DNA from: a virus
Lineage: Duplodnaviria; Caudoviricetes
IMG/VR virus record: IMGVR_UViG_3300015214_000033
Coordinates: 4,604 to 68,603 of that record
Direction: 5' to 3' (one strand)
Length of the DNA stretch: 64,000 nt
Shown piece after piece: positions 18,970 through 28,519 of this stretch. Positions within the stretch are counted from its first letter, which is position 1. Every line of letters begins with the position of its first letter. A program made the position numbers and the translations under genes. The notes below the pieces were generated by a model. That model ran no database searches. It saw only the letters and a program-made list of their open reading frames with translations, and was not told where the DNA came from.

Positions 18970-20145
18970 ATGAATTTTGAGTGGTGTAAAATAGACCCTG
19001 AAACTTCAACAAAAGAAGAATTAGAGGTTGAAATTAAAAGACTTAGAGATTTAGCAAACACATATATGAATGCTGAACAAGCAGTAAAGATCTTTATTAA
19101 CTCTGTATATGGAGCATGTGGTTCTCCGTGGTTTGCATTTTTCAATATGGATGTTGCAGAAGCAGTAACGTTACAGGGACAAGACCTTATCAAATATGCA
19201 GAACTGGTAGTTGATAGGTATTTCTTGAATTTTTGGCATAAAGATACTGAACTACATAAAAAGCTTGGTCTTACTAGAGTAGAAAAAGTTACAGGAACGA
19301 TGAATGTTTATTGTGATACGGATTCATCATTTGTGAGATTTTCAGAATTATTGGATAATTGTGATTGGAAAGGTACTCCTAAAGAATTTATTTTAAAGAT
19401 ATATGAAGTATTTTTATCAGACTATTTACAAAAATGTTTTGACATCTATGCCAAAAAACAGGGTACTGACAATGTACAATCTTTTGAACTTGAGAAAATA
19501 CTCGATTCAGGTGTTTGGTTAGCTAAAAAGAAATATGTATACAATACTGTGTGGAAAGATCCAGGTATTCATATAGATGCACTAAAAGAAATCACAGCAA
19601 AAGGTGTAGAAATTGTACAGTCATCATCTTCTCCTTATGCTAGAGCAACATTAAAAAATCTTTTAAAGTACATCTTTACTAAGAAGAGAGATTTTAATCA
19701 AGCAGAATTTATAGGTCTTCTTAAAAAATATAAAGAAGAGTTTAAACTAAAAAATCTTGAAGATATTTCTCATGCGTCTTCTATTGGAGATTATGACAAA
19801 CATGTACTTCAGGATAAAGATACACTTACGATTGGAAAGGGTTGTCCAATTCATGTAAGAGGCGCTGGAATTTATAATCATACTTTGTATAATTCTAAAT
19901 TTAGAAATAAATATGAAGCTATACATTCAGGTGAAAAGATCAAATATTATCATGTGAAAACAAAGGATGATGCAACAAATGTGTTTTCATATATTCCAGG
20001 GTCATTTCCTGTAGAATTTGCACCTCAGATTGATTATGATATGCAATTTAATAAAAGCATCATACAACCAATCAATCGATTTGTCGAAGCAATGGGATTT
20101 AGTCCAATAAGTTTCAATTTAGTATCATCAACACAATTATTTTAA
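18970..20145 (+). CDS. Family B DNA polymerase, C-terminal part (motifs B and C, thumb), gp43B-like
   Basis: EQAVKIFINSVYG, YCDTDS, KKKY and KGVEIVQS. Confidence 0.9.
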   Translation: MNFEWCKIDPETSTKEELEVEIKRLRDLANTYMNAEQAVKIFINSVYGACGSPWFAFFNMDVAEAVTLQGQDLIKYAELVVDRYFLNFWHKDTELHKKLGLTRVEKVTGTMNVYCDTDSSFVRFSELLDNCDWKGTPKEFILKIYEVFLSDYLQKCFDIYAKKQGTDNVQSFELEKILDSGVWLAKKKYVYNTVWKDPGIHIDALKEITAKGVEIVQSSSSPYARATLKNLLKYIFTKKRDFNQAEFIGLLKKYKEEFKLKNLEDISHASSIGDYDKHVLQDKDTLTIGKGCPIHVRGAGIYNHTLYNSKFRNKYEAIHSGEKIKYYHVKTKDDATNVFSYIPGSFPVEFAPQIDYDMQFNKSIIQPINRFVEAMGFSPISFNLVSSTQLF

Positions 20146-20146
20146 T

Positions 20147-20671
20147 ATGATAGAATTAGATAACATACCGTATGCAAAACCATACTCTCAAAAAATGCAT
20201 GAATTGTTGAGAATTATATCGAATGATTTGCATGATACGATATTGACATTACAACAATATCATGACATTATTGCTAACGATAATGTGATAATTATCAGCA
20301 CTCCAAATGTATATTTTGATTTGCAGACATTTGAAGTAACATGTGCTTCAACAAGTTATGAAAATATTATTACAATATCTGTTGGACCTGATATAATGTC
20401 ATTTAATAAGTTTATTGAAAAAATAAAATCTTGTGATGGAATAATGTTTATCTATCCAGTTTTTCATAAATCGGGTAGTGAATTAAGAGTTCGATATACC
20501 ATCATTCCATATAAACAAATACACGATCATATTTCACGACGTATTTCCCTTGATAGAATAAAAACTAATATGAATTTAAGTAATTCATATGAAGAAATTC
20601 AATCATATGTAAATTCTGATTTGTTTAAACATGATTGTGAAATTTTAAAATCGAATGTATGCCAAAAATAA
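20147..20671 (+). CDS. Hypothetical protein
   Basis: 174 aa ORF. Confidence 0.55.
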   Translation: MIELDNIPYAKPYSQKMHELLRIISNDLHDTILTLQQYHDIIANDNVIIISTPNVYFDLQTFEVTCASTSYENIITISVGPDIMSFNKFIEKIKSCDGIMFIYPVFHKSGSELRVRYTIIPYKQIHDHISRRISLDRIKTNMNLSNSYEEIQSYVNSDLFKHDCEILKSNVCQK

Positions 20672-20832
20672 CAGTATACATACCTGAAGAAGAGTTAGAT
20701 AGTTACTTAGTGTTAATGAATGATCCTGGTGATTATGAAGGACCACGAATACATTACAGTTTAACACCGTCAACACGAGAAGTTAGTTTAATTTTGACAT
20801 TAGATGAACTTGAAATATTAAAAAATCATTAA
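20659..20832 (+). CDS. Small hypothetical protein (57 aa)
   Basis: Read manually: MPKITVYIPEEELDSYLVLMNDPGDY...LKNH*. Confidence 0.45.
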   Translation: MPKITVYIPEEELDSYLVLMNDPGDYEGPRIHYSLTPSTREVSLILTLDELEILKNH

Positions 20833-20844
20833 AAACGTAAAATT

Positions 20845-21012
20845 ATGAAAAAAATTAACACGAGAAAGTTAAATCAGTATTTTAACAGTATGTCAAATTC
20901 TCCCGAGATGAAAGGATTTGTTCAGGATGCAGTTAATCGTTATCTAGTAGATGAAACTGTAGATGTTAAAATTATCCAATTTTTGGACGATTTAGCATTA
21001 CTAACCGAATAA
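20845..21012 (+). CDS. Small hypothetical protein (55 aa)
   Basis: Read manually: MKKINTRKLNQYF...LALLTE*. Confidence 0.45.
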   Translation: MKKINTRKLNQYFNSMSNSPEMKGFVQDAVNRYLVDETVDVKIIQFLDDLALLTE

Positions 21013-21028
21013 AATAAACGTAAATTAA

Positions 21029-22012
21029 ATGGCAAAACAAGTAAAAGAATTTTCGTTTAGTGACTTAGATAAAACACTAACGAAAGTGGATCCGTTAGGA
21101 TCCGTTATGACAGAAAATTCATTCTCTAAAATTGATGATTGGATTGGAACTGGAAATTATATGCTGAATGCACAATTAGGTGGTTCTATTTTTAAAGGAG
21201 CACCGAATTCAAGAAGTATTGTATTTTCAGGTGTTTCTGGTACAGGTAAAACATTTATTGTACTAAATTCAGTGCGAGAAATGCAAAAGAAAGGTTACTA
21301 TGTAATATATGGTGACTCTGAAGCTGCGGTAGATGAAACTACTATGATAAATTTTGGAATTGATCCTGCAAAGATTAGATACCAACCGTTTAAAACTGTA
21401 TTACAAGTTAGACACTTTGTTGCTAATCTTACAACAACACTTAAAGAGAAAAAAGCAGCTGGATATGATGTTCCAAAGATTGGAATGGTGTTAGATTCTT
21501 TAGGTAACTTGGCAACTGAGAAAGAGGTTACAGATGCTCATTCAGGTTCTGATAAACGTGATATGACTAAGCAACAAAATCTTAAATCATTGTTTAGAGT
21601 AATTACAACAGATTTAGCGGAATTAAAAATTCCATTTTACATAACAAACCATGTATATGCATGTTTGCATGGAAATACTTTAGTTGAAACTAAAGATGGT
21701 CAAAAATACATATCAGATATTAAAGTTGGAGACTACGTCCACACAATGGATGGATTAAAGGATGTTATTAATACATTTAAGTATGATAATGCAAAAACAT
21801 TAATCATTGAAACTGAACACGGAAATATTGAATGTACTCCAAACCACAAATTCATGGTTAAAATAAATAATACATTTGAATGGAAATGTGCAGAAGATCT
21901 AAAAATAGATGATGAGATTTTAAAAATAGAGAAGTTTGACAGCATAGACATGATATATAAAGAAAACCGGAAATATCATGGTTCAGAACTCATTTCTTTT
22001 AACATTGAATAG
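21029..22012 (+). CDS. uvsX: UvsX/RecA fragment 1: N-extein plus split intein N-part (IntN1, 21662-22009, 116 aa)
   Basis: Walker A GVSGTGKT, LDSLG and ...ITNHVYA|CLHGNTLV; block B CTPNHKF; stop at 22010. Confidence 0.9.
   Translation: MAKQVKEFSFSDLDKTLTKVDPLGSVMTENSFSKIDDWIGTGNYMLNAQLGGSIFKGAPNSRSIVFSGVSGTGKTFIVLNSVREMQKKGYYVIYGDSEAAVDETTMINFGIDPAKIRYQPFKTVLQVRHFVANLTTTLKEKKAAGYDVPKIGMVLDSLGNLATEKEVTDAHSGSDKRDMTKQQNLKSLFRVITTDLAELKIPFYITNHVYACLHGNTLVETKDGQKYISDIKVGDYVHTMDGLKDVINTFKYDNAKTLIIETEHGNIECTPNHKFMVKINNTFEWKCAEDLKIDDEILKIEKFDSIDMIYKENRKYHGSELISFNIE
21952..21960 (+). promoter_or_regulatory. GATATATAA motif inside IntN1, upstream of endonuclease 1
   Basis: 17 nt before the ATG at 21978. 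Confidence 0.55.
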
Positions 22013-23176
22013 TAAATTACTAACATATTTGCATTCTAAAAATATACTTACAGATGACCAATTTGTTGATTACATTAAAAACATGAATGGAAATTCAACA
22101 GTTGGTTTATCTAAAGTATTAAAATCAACGAATTCAATGTCATATGTATTTTCATATTTCAATGAAAAAATAACATCAATGAAAGAATTAAAAAACTTTG
22201 TTGATCATGGCTATATAGAAGATTTACAAGATATTTGTATATGTGGTAATATTAAAAATGTTAATAAGAAGTATTGTTCTCATTCTTGTGCAATGAAAAA
22301 CAGAGATTTGACTATTAGAGATGCTGCTGCATTAAAAAGTAAAAAAACATGGGATTCATATGATAATAATAAGAAAGAGCAAATTAAGCAGAACCGTATA
22401 AATGGTATAATAAAAAAATACGGTACAGATCATGTATGGAAAAATCCTGAGTCTATTGAAAAACGAAAAAAAAAACATGGCTTAAAAAATATGGAGTAGA
22501 TAATCCAAATAAAAATTCTGAACAAATAAAAAAAGTTAAAAATACTAATATTGAACGATATGGATTTACATGTCCATTGAAAAATCATGAGATTAAACAG
22601 AAAAGTATGCAAACTTTATTTACAAATTTTGGTGTTGAGAATCCAATGCATGTAAAAGATATTTGTAATAAAGTAGTAAAATCATCTATACAAACATATT
22701 TAGATAAATGGGGATTTGAAAATCCATTCAATAATCCTAAATTTAAAGAATTATGGTTAGAAAAATTTGAAAAAAATATTAAAAAGTCATTTTCATATAA
22801 AGATTATGTACTACCAAGTGGTCATATAATAAAAGTATAAGGATATGAAAATTATGCTATTGATTATTTGATGAATAATTTTAATGAGAATGATTTTGTT
22901 TTTTCTTTTAAGATTAAAAGATTTCAGTATGAGTATGAAAATAAAAAAAGAACGTATATACCAGATATTTATATTAAATCTGTAAATACTATATATGAAG
23001 TTAAATCCAAATATACATTGGATAAAAATTTAGATACTACTATTTTAAAAGCAAAATCAGTTATTGATTCAGATATAAATTTTAATTTATTATTGTGTAA
23101 TACAAAACAAATAAAAATATTGACATATGAAGAACTTATCGACTATAAAAGTCAAAAATATCAAAGAATCTTTTAA
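21978..23176 (+). pseudogene. Degenerate free-standing PD-(D/E)XK-type homing endonuclease with KYGVDNP-type repeats
   Basis: Frameshift at A10 (22466-22475) and in-frame TAA at 22838 (KV*GYENYAIDYL); YIPDIYI...EVKS nuclease core. Confidence 0.75.
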
Positions 23177-23579
23177 TTCTGTATATGATATTGAAGTAAA
23201 AGATTCAAAACACTATATTTTATCAAATGGTATAGTATCTCATAATAGTGTTGGAAGTTATGTTCCATCTAACATACAATCAGGAGGTTGTTTAGTTCCT
23301 GGAACATTAGTTAGAACACCAAATGGAACTTCTAAAATAGAAGATATTAAAAAAGGTGATTATGTGATGACACTCAATGGTGAAAAAGAAGTATTAGATA
23401 CCTTTACATTTAATGAAGATGATGCAAAAAAAGTATGGGAAATAGAGTTAGATAATGGTATTATTCATAGAGTATCTGAAGATCATAAATTTTTAGTTTC
23501 CACAGATTGGAAAAATCCATATTCATGGAAAAAAATATATGAATTGAAAGAAACTGATGAAATATATGCAATAAAATAA
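23127..23579 (+). CDS. uvsX: UvsX/RecA fragment 2: IntC1 (40 aa), 14 aa extein, IntN2 (96 aa)
   Basis: VYDIEV...GIVSHN|SVGSYVPSNIQSGG|CLVPGT...VSEDHKF...*. Confidence 0.9.
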   Translation: MKNLSTIKVKNIKESFNSVYDIEVKDSKHYILSNGIVSHNSVGSYVPSNIQSGGCLVPGTLVRTPNGTSKIEDIKKGDYVMTLNGEKEVLDTFTFNEDDAKKVWEIELDNGIIHRVSEDHKFLVSTDWKNPYSWKKIYELKETDEIYAIK

Positions 23580-23606
23580 GTCCAATCAAAAAGCTCATTG
23601 CACATA

Positions 23607-23615
23607 GATATATAA
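23607..23615 (+). promoter_or_regulatory. GATATATAA motif upstream of endonuclease 2
   Basis: Intergenic, 13 nt before the ATG at 23629. Confidence 0.6.
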
Positions 23616-23628
23616 AATAAAAAGTGCA

Positions 23629-24678
23629 ATGAGCTATAAATGGACTAAAGATTTTAAAAATAGAGATTATGTTGAATTTAAAAATTTTTTTAAAGAACAT
23701 AATAAATTATTTAACTTGAACATTAATAATGATGATAACCTAACGAATATTTCTAAAAAAATGTCTGATTTATTAATAAATGAACATTCATTTGGAATAA
23801 ATCAAATATTATCAACATTTAGATCTATTGCAAAAAATTTTAGTAATAAAACACGTAGTGATGTATGTATAGAATACTATAGATTTAGAGGTTATGATGA
23901 TGATTACGCATATAATCAAATTTCAGAAAGACAACGTCGCAAATCTAAATTAAGTATTGAATATTGGTTAAATAAAGGATATGATGAAATTTCTGCTAAA
24001 GAACAAGTAAGTATTTTACAATCTAAATTATCAAAAAAGAGAACACATAAGATTTTATCAGATGAAAACTATGCAAAAAGTATTTCTGCGTGGTCTATTA
24101 ATTACTGGATAAAAAAGGGTCTAAGTAAAGAAGATGCTGCGGAGAAAATAAAAGAGTATAATCCGTCATGTAGAAATTTTTATGATACTAGTATTGCATA
24201 CGAAAATGCTAAAAAAAGTATATCAAAACGAGTTAAAAAATTATGGGAAAATGGTGTATATGATGATAAAGTTAAAATGATTAACACTCGATATACATCA
24301 AAGCAGGAAAAATTATTTTTTAACTTGTTAATAAATGAAAAAGAAATCGATAATTTTATATATGAACCATTTGGAATAAATGTTAGATCTAATTCAGATG
24401 ATTTTTATTATGTATATGATGCATATATTAAAACCAATGATGGAATTATTTTAGTAGAATATGATGGAACATATTGGCATGATATTGATAAAGATTTTAA
24501 GCGAGATGATGTTGTGTTGAATATAAGAAAAGATATTATAGGAGTTATAAGAATAAATGACTTTTATTTTTATAAATATAATCAAACTTTAAAAATAATT
24601 ATAAATAGTATACAAGATGGAATTGAAAAAATTAAAAATAAAGAAACTAACAGAGTTATCTTATATGAAAGTGCATGA
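23629..24678 (+). CDS. Free-standing Vsr/PD-(D/E)XK-like homing endonuclease
   Basis: YWxxKGYxxxxA repeats; C-terminal YDAYI...VEYDGTYWHD. Confidence 0.75.
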   Translation: MSYKWTKDFKNRDYVEFKNFFKEHNKLFNLNINNDDNLTNISKKMSDLLINEHSFGINQILSTFRSIAKNFSNKTRSDVCIEYYRFRGYDDDYAYNQISERQRRKSKLSIEYWLNKGYDEISAKEQVSILQSKLSKKRTHKILSDENYAKSISAWSINYWIKKGLSKEDAAEKIKEYNPSCRNFYDTSIAYENAKKSISKRVKKLWENGVYDDKVKMINTRYTSKQEKLFFNLLINEKEIDNFIYEPFGINVRSNSDDFYYVYDAYIKTNDGIILVEYDGTYWHDIDKDFKRDDVVLNIRKDIIGVIRINDFYFYKYNQTLKIIINSIQDGIEKIKNKETNRVILYESA

Positions 24679-25342
24679 TATTTCTGTTAAAGATGTTGAA
24701 CATTATATTTTAGATGATGGAATTATTTCACATAATTCAGGAGCAATTTATAATGCATCTATCATTTTAGAATTTGCGAAAGCAGGATTGAAAGAAAATG
24801 ATAAAGAAGCTGCTGAACAAGGTCAACAAAAATCTGGTATCGTTGTAACTTCTAAAGTTGTAAAAAATCGTTTTGCAAGACCTCTTCCAATCAAGTTCCA
24901 TATCTCTTTTTATAAAGGTATGAATCCTTATGTTGGACTTGAAAATTATGTTTCATGGGAAACCTGTGGAATCGAGAGAGGTAAACTTATTGAGGAAATC
25001 ATAGAAGAACCTGTTTTCGAGGACGATGGAGTAACACCTGTAATTTATAGAGGTAAACCTAAGGTAAACAAAGTAAATACAGGAAAAATGATATTTGAGC
25101 CTGATCCTAAAGGTAAAAAGTTTGCTGTTAAACATCTTGGAAAAGAAGTTAAAAACATCTTTACATCAGAAGTTTTTACTGATGAAGTTTTACAGCAATT
25201 GGATGATGTTATCAGACCTATTTTTGAACTTCCAAAGACAATGACAACTGATTTTGATGAGTTGGAAGAAGCAATGGGATTCGATGATGACGATGATGAC
25301 GTTGATGAAATGGATGAAAGATTTATTCAAGATGAAGCTTAA
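24617..25342 (+). CDS. uvsX: UvsX/RecA fragment 3: IntC2 (40 aa) plus C-extein
   Basis: VHDISV...GIISHN|SGAIYNASIILEF...KNRFARP; acidic tail. Confidence 0.9.
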   Translation: MELKKLKIKKLTELSYMKVHDISVKDVEHYILDDGIISHNSGAIYNASIILEFAKAGLKENDKEAAEQGQQKSGIVVTSKVVKNRFARPLPIKFHISFYKGMNPYVGLENYVSWETCGIERGKLIEEIIEEPVFEDDGVTPVIYRGKPKVNKVNTGKMIFEPDPKGKKFAVKHLGKEVKNIFTSEVFTDEVLQQLDDVIRPIFELPKTMTTDFDELEEAMGFDDDDDDVDEMDERFIQDEA

Positions 25343-25604
25343 ATACAAATTTAAAGTCCATCAGTTGATGGACTCTTACCCTACATCGGAAGATGCACTC
25401 TTCGATATTATAAATTATTTGGAGACAATGAATAGAATTGATGAGGAGTGGTCCGATTTAGGAATCAAACCCGCCTTCCCACGGACACTAGATTTTGAAG
25501 ATGTTAAACTTTTATTAGGAGAATTGGTAGAATCAAAACATCTAACGTTCCGTGCCGGAAATGGCGCAAGAAATTATTATAAACTTTTAACAAATCCGTT
25601 CTAA
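25332..25604 (+). CDS. Hypothetical protein
   Basis: About 90 aa ORF between uvsX and the helicase. Confidence 0.55.
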   Translation: MKLKYKFKVHQLMDSYPTSEDALFDIINYLETMNRIDEEWSDLGIKPAFPRTLDFEDVKLLLGELVESKHLTFRAGNGARNYYKLLTNPF

Positions 25605-26908
25605 TGCAAAGTTCTCATTTAGAAAAAATATTTTATCATTATATTGATAAACGTCCAGAAATGGATGAAGTTGTTATGGCTAGATTCTATGATAATCCAG
25701 AGATTCGTATAGCACATGACCTTAGAAAAGAGTTCAGAAAAAAATATCAAAAAGCTCCAACCGGTGGTCAATTAAAACAACTAGCAAAACTCAAAAATTT
25801 AAATGATGAATTACCTGATGCAAATATTGATGCATTATATGATGAGAACTTAGATCAATATGATTTAGAATGGTTAGATCAAACAGCAGAAGCATGGATT
25901 GAGTTTAAAAACTTAGATGCTTCTGTTATTGATCTAGTAACATATTTAAAAACTACTAAAGTATCACCGGAGAATGTTAAAGATGTTGTACAAACTGCAA
26001 AATCTTTAATTAGTGAAAGAAATAATATCGACTTTCGATTTGACGCAGGTTCTGACTTTTATGATCCAGCATCTCACGTTCAACGTATAGCAGATAGATT
26101 TTCTACTGGTTATCCATATTTAGATACAGTGTTGGGTGGTGGATATTCACCAAAAACATTATTAGCATTTGCAGGTATTCCTAAAGTTGGAAAATCAATG
26201 TTTTTGTGTAATCTTGCAGCACAAGGAGTTAGAATGGGTTACAATACAGCGTACATTTCATTAGAAATGGCTGAATCAAAAATTATAAAACGTTTGGCAA
26301 CAAACTTACTTAGTATTCCTTCCGACGAATACAATATTAAATCAGAAGATCCTATTTATATTAAACAACGATTTAGTAATATTTCCACTGATGCATTATC
26401 AATACCAGGAGCTCTTAGAGTTAAAGAATTTCCAACATCGACTGCATCAGTTATAGATTTAGAAAATTGGCTTTTACGTGTAGAAGAAAATTTAGGTATT
26501 AAATTTCATATAGTTGCTGTCGATTATATCGGTATTATGAAAAACTGGAGAAATCCTAATACTGAAAATTCTTACATGAAGATCAAACAGATCGCAGAAG
26601 ATTTACGTGCAATGGCAATGAGAAACAATTGGTGTATTATAACTGCATCACAGTTTAACCGCGGAGCATTTAAAACAAACGATGTTGAACTTGAACAAGT
26701 TGCAGAATCTGCAGGTCTTATACATACCGTAGATGGTTTATTTGGTATCATTCAGGATGAAATGATGTATATGAACAATGAGTATTTTCTTAAATGTTTA
26801 GCAAACCGAGAATGTGGGTTTAAAAATTCAAAAAAGAGATTTACAGTTGCATATGATTATGCAAGAATTTCAGAAGATCCGAATACTGAGATCATAAATG
26901 CAAATTAA
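25604..26908 (+). CDS. Replicative helicase (gp41/DnaB-like)
   Basis: AGIPKVGKS, YISLEM, VDYIG, ITASQFNR and AESAGL. Confidence 0.92.
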   Translation: MQSSHLEKIFYHYIDKRPEMDEVVMARFYDNPEIRIAHDLRKEFRKKYQKAPTGGQLKQLAKLKNLNDELPDANIDALYDENLDQYDLEWLDQTAEAWIEFKNLDASVIDLVTYLKTTKVSPENVKDVVQTAKSLISERNNIDFRFDAGSDFYDPASHVQRIADRFSTGYPYLDTVLGGGYSPKTLLAFAGIPKVGKSMFLCNLAAQGVRMGYNTAYISLEMAESKIIKRLATNLLSIPSDEYNIKSEDPIYIKQRFSNISTDALSIPGALRVKEFPTSTASVIDLENWLLRVEENLGIKFHIVAVDYIGIMKNWRNPNTENSYMKIKQIAEDLRAMAMRNNWCIITASQFNRGAFKTNDVELEQVAESAGLIHTVDGLFGIIQDEMMYMNNEYFLKCLANRECGFKNSKKRFTVAYDYARISEDPNTEIINAN

Positions 26909-26917
26909 GAAAACGAT

Positions 26918-27427
26918 ATGAATAAACTATTTGATTTTGAAGACGAAGAAGAATTTGATGATGAAGAATTTACATCCAATGGAGGCACACGAGATAAAAT
27001 TTTTAACAATGATTTTAACATTGGAAATTTAGAATTTGAAAAATTTGAACATCTTCCACAAATTGACCAAACATATTCAGATAATTTACTAGGTGAATGT
27101 TATAATTCAATCGATTATGCGAGAAAACAAGCTTTAGAAGTGTTAATCGATGAATTTTTCAAAAAGACGGAATATACTGAATACTTAGAGTCAAAGAAAA
27201 AAATACCAAAACGAATTTTACCGTTAATATATGTTTCAATTGTTGAACAATTTAAAGGTGAAGAATTTACCCCATCTGAACGTTTTATTGCAATTGCTGA
27301 ATATTTTGGAATACGATATGAGATGTTATATGAAAACATTCCATCGTTGATGAGAGAAGCATTGGTCAGAGAATTGGATGAAACGTATGAGATATTGAAA
27401 CGTAAAGGTTTGAAAAAATTGTTTTAA
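26918..27427 (+). CDS. Hypothetical protein
   Basis: 169 aa ORF with an acidic N-terminus. Confidence 0.6.
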   Translation: MNKLFDFEDEEEFDDEEFTSNGGTRDKIFNNDFNIGNLEFEKFEHLPQIDQTYSDNLLGECYNSIDYARKQALEVLIDEFFKKTEYTEYLESKKKIPKRILPLIYVSIVEQFKGEEFTPSERFIAIAEYFGIRYEMLYENIPSLMREALVRELDETYEILKRKGLKKLF

Positions 27428-27428
27428 T

Positions 27429-28517
27429 ATGAAGAAAAATATCAATAGAATTTTTATGATTTCTGACACTCATTTGGGTGTCAGGAATAGTTCTGTAGAA
27501 TGGATGGACATCATTAGAGAATATTTCTATGATTTTTTAATTCCATTATTAAAAAAGGAAGCTAAACCAGGAGATGTGTTATTTCATTTGGGTGATCTTT
27601 TCGATTCACGACAATCATTGAATTTATTAGTCATGAATGAGGGGATGAAGATTTTTGAAGATATATCTAAAATACTTCCAGTGCATATTATATTGGGAAA
27701 TCATGACATCTATAAAAAATTCAGCAATGATATAAATTCAGTAAAAATACTAAACTGGATTCCAAATATTTTTGTTGTAGAAGAACCAATGATTATTGAA
27801 ACACAATCAAAAAAATTGTTTTTAATGCCATGGCGTGCAAATCATGAAGAAGAAACTGAATGTATTAAACAACATTCTGCAAATTACATGTTTTGTCATG
27901 CTGATGTTGCTGGATTAAAATTCAATAAGAAAGTTTCTGTTGAAGATGGAATTGATCTTGATGATATGAGTAAATTCGATAAAGTATTTTCAGGACATAT
28001 TCATTATGCTCAAAAACGAAAAAACTTTACTATGATTGGATGTCCATATCCACTTACTCGATCTGATATGAATAATACAAAAGGTGTTATATGTTTAGAT
28101 GTCAACTCGGGTGAAGAAGAATTTTTTGAGAATACCATGTCACCAAGATTCATAAGAGTAAATTTCGATAAATTGCTTAATATGGAAGAAGATGATGTGA
28201 AAAAAATGTTCAATAATAATTTTGTTGATGTACTGGTAGATCATAAATGGACACTCAACTTTCCATTCTCTACATTTTATGATGACGTAGTCGGATATCG
28301 TGTGTTAGAATTTATTCCAACAGTAAACGATGAAGATAATGAATATCTAATTGGAGGTGATGAAGAAATGGGTAAGATTGATATTGTAGAGCTATCTAAT
28401 AAGTTGATTCAGAACACTTCGCATAATGATAATATAAAAGATAAATTATTAAAAGTCGTAAAAATATTACATGCCAAAGTTAATAAACTTGATGGTGGCG
28501 ATAATGATGATGAATAA
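27429..28517 (+). CDS. SbcD/Mre11-like nuclease (gp47)
   Basis: SDTHLG, LGDLFD, GNHD, CHAD and SGHIH. Confidence 0.92.
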   Translation: MKKNINRIFMISDTHLGVRNSSVEWMDIIREYFYDFLIPLLKKEAKPGDVLFHLGDLFDSRQSLNLLVMNEGMKIFEDISKILPVHIILGNHDIYKKFSNDINSVKILNWIPNIFVVEEPMIIETQSKKLFLMPWRANHEEETECIKQHSANYMFCHADVAGLKFNKKVSVEDGIDLDDMSKFDKVFSGHIHYAQKRKNFTMIGCPYPLTRSDMNNTKGVICLDVNSGEEEFFENTMSPRFIRVNFDKLLNMEEDDVKKMFNNNFVDVLVDHKWTLNFPFSTFYDDVVGYRVLEFIPTVNDEDNEYLIGGDEEMGKIDIVELSNKLIQNTSHNDNIKDKLLKVVKILHAKVNKLDGGDNDDE

Positions 28518-28519
28518 CT

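Noticed and set aside
21029-25342. RecA with two ordinary cis inteins broken by sequencing errors
   Set aside because: It would need many independent errors in both directions. Stops occur in all three frames at 23577-23620, and each endonuclease has its own start and family-typical C-terminus.
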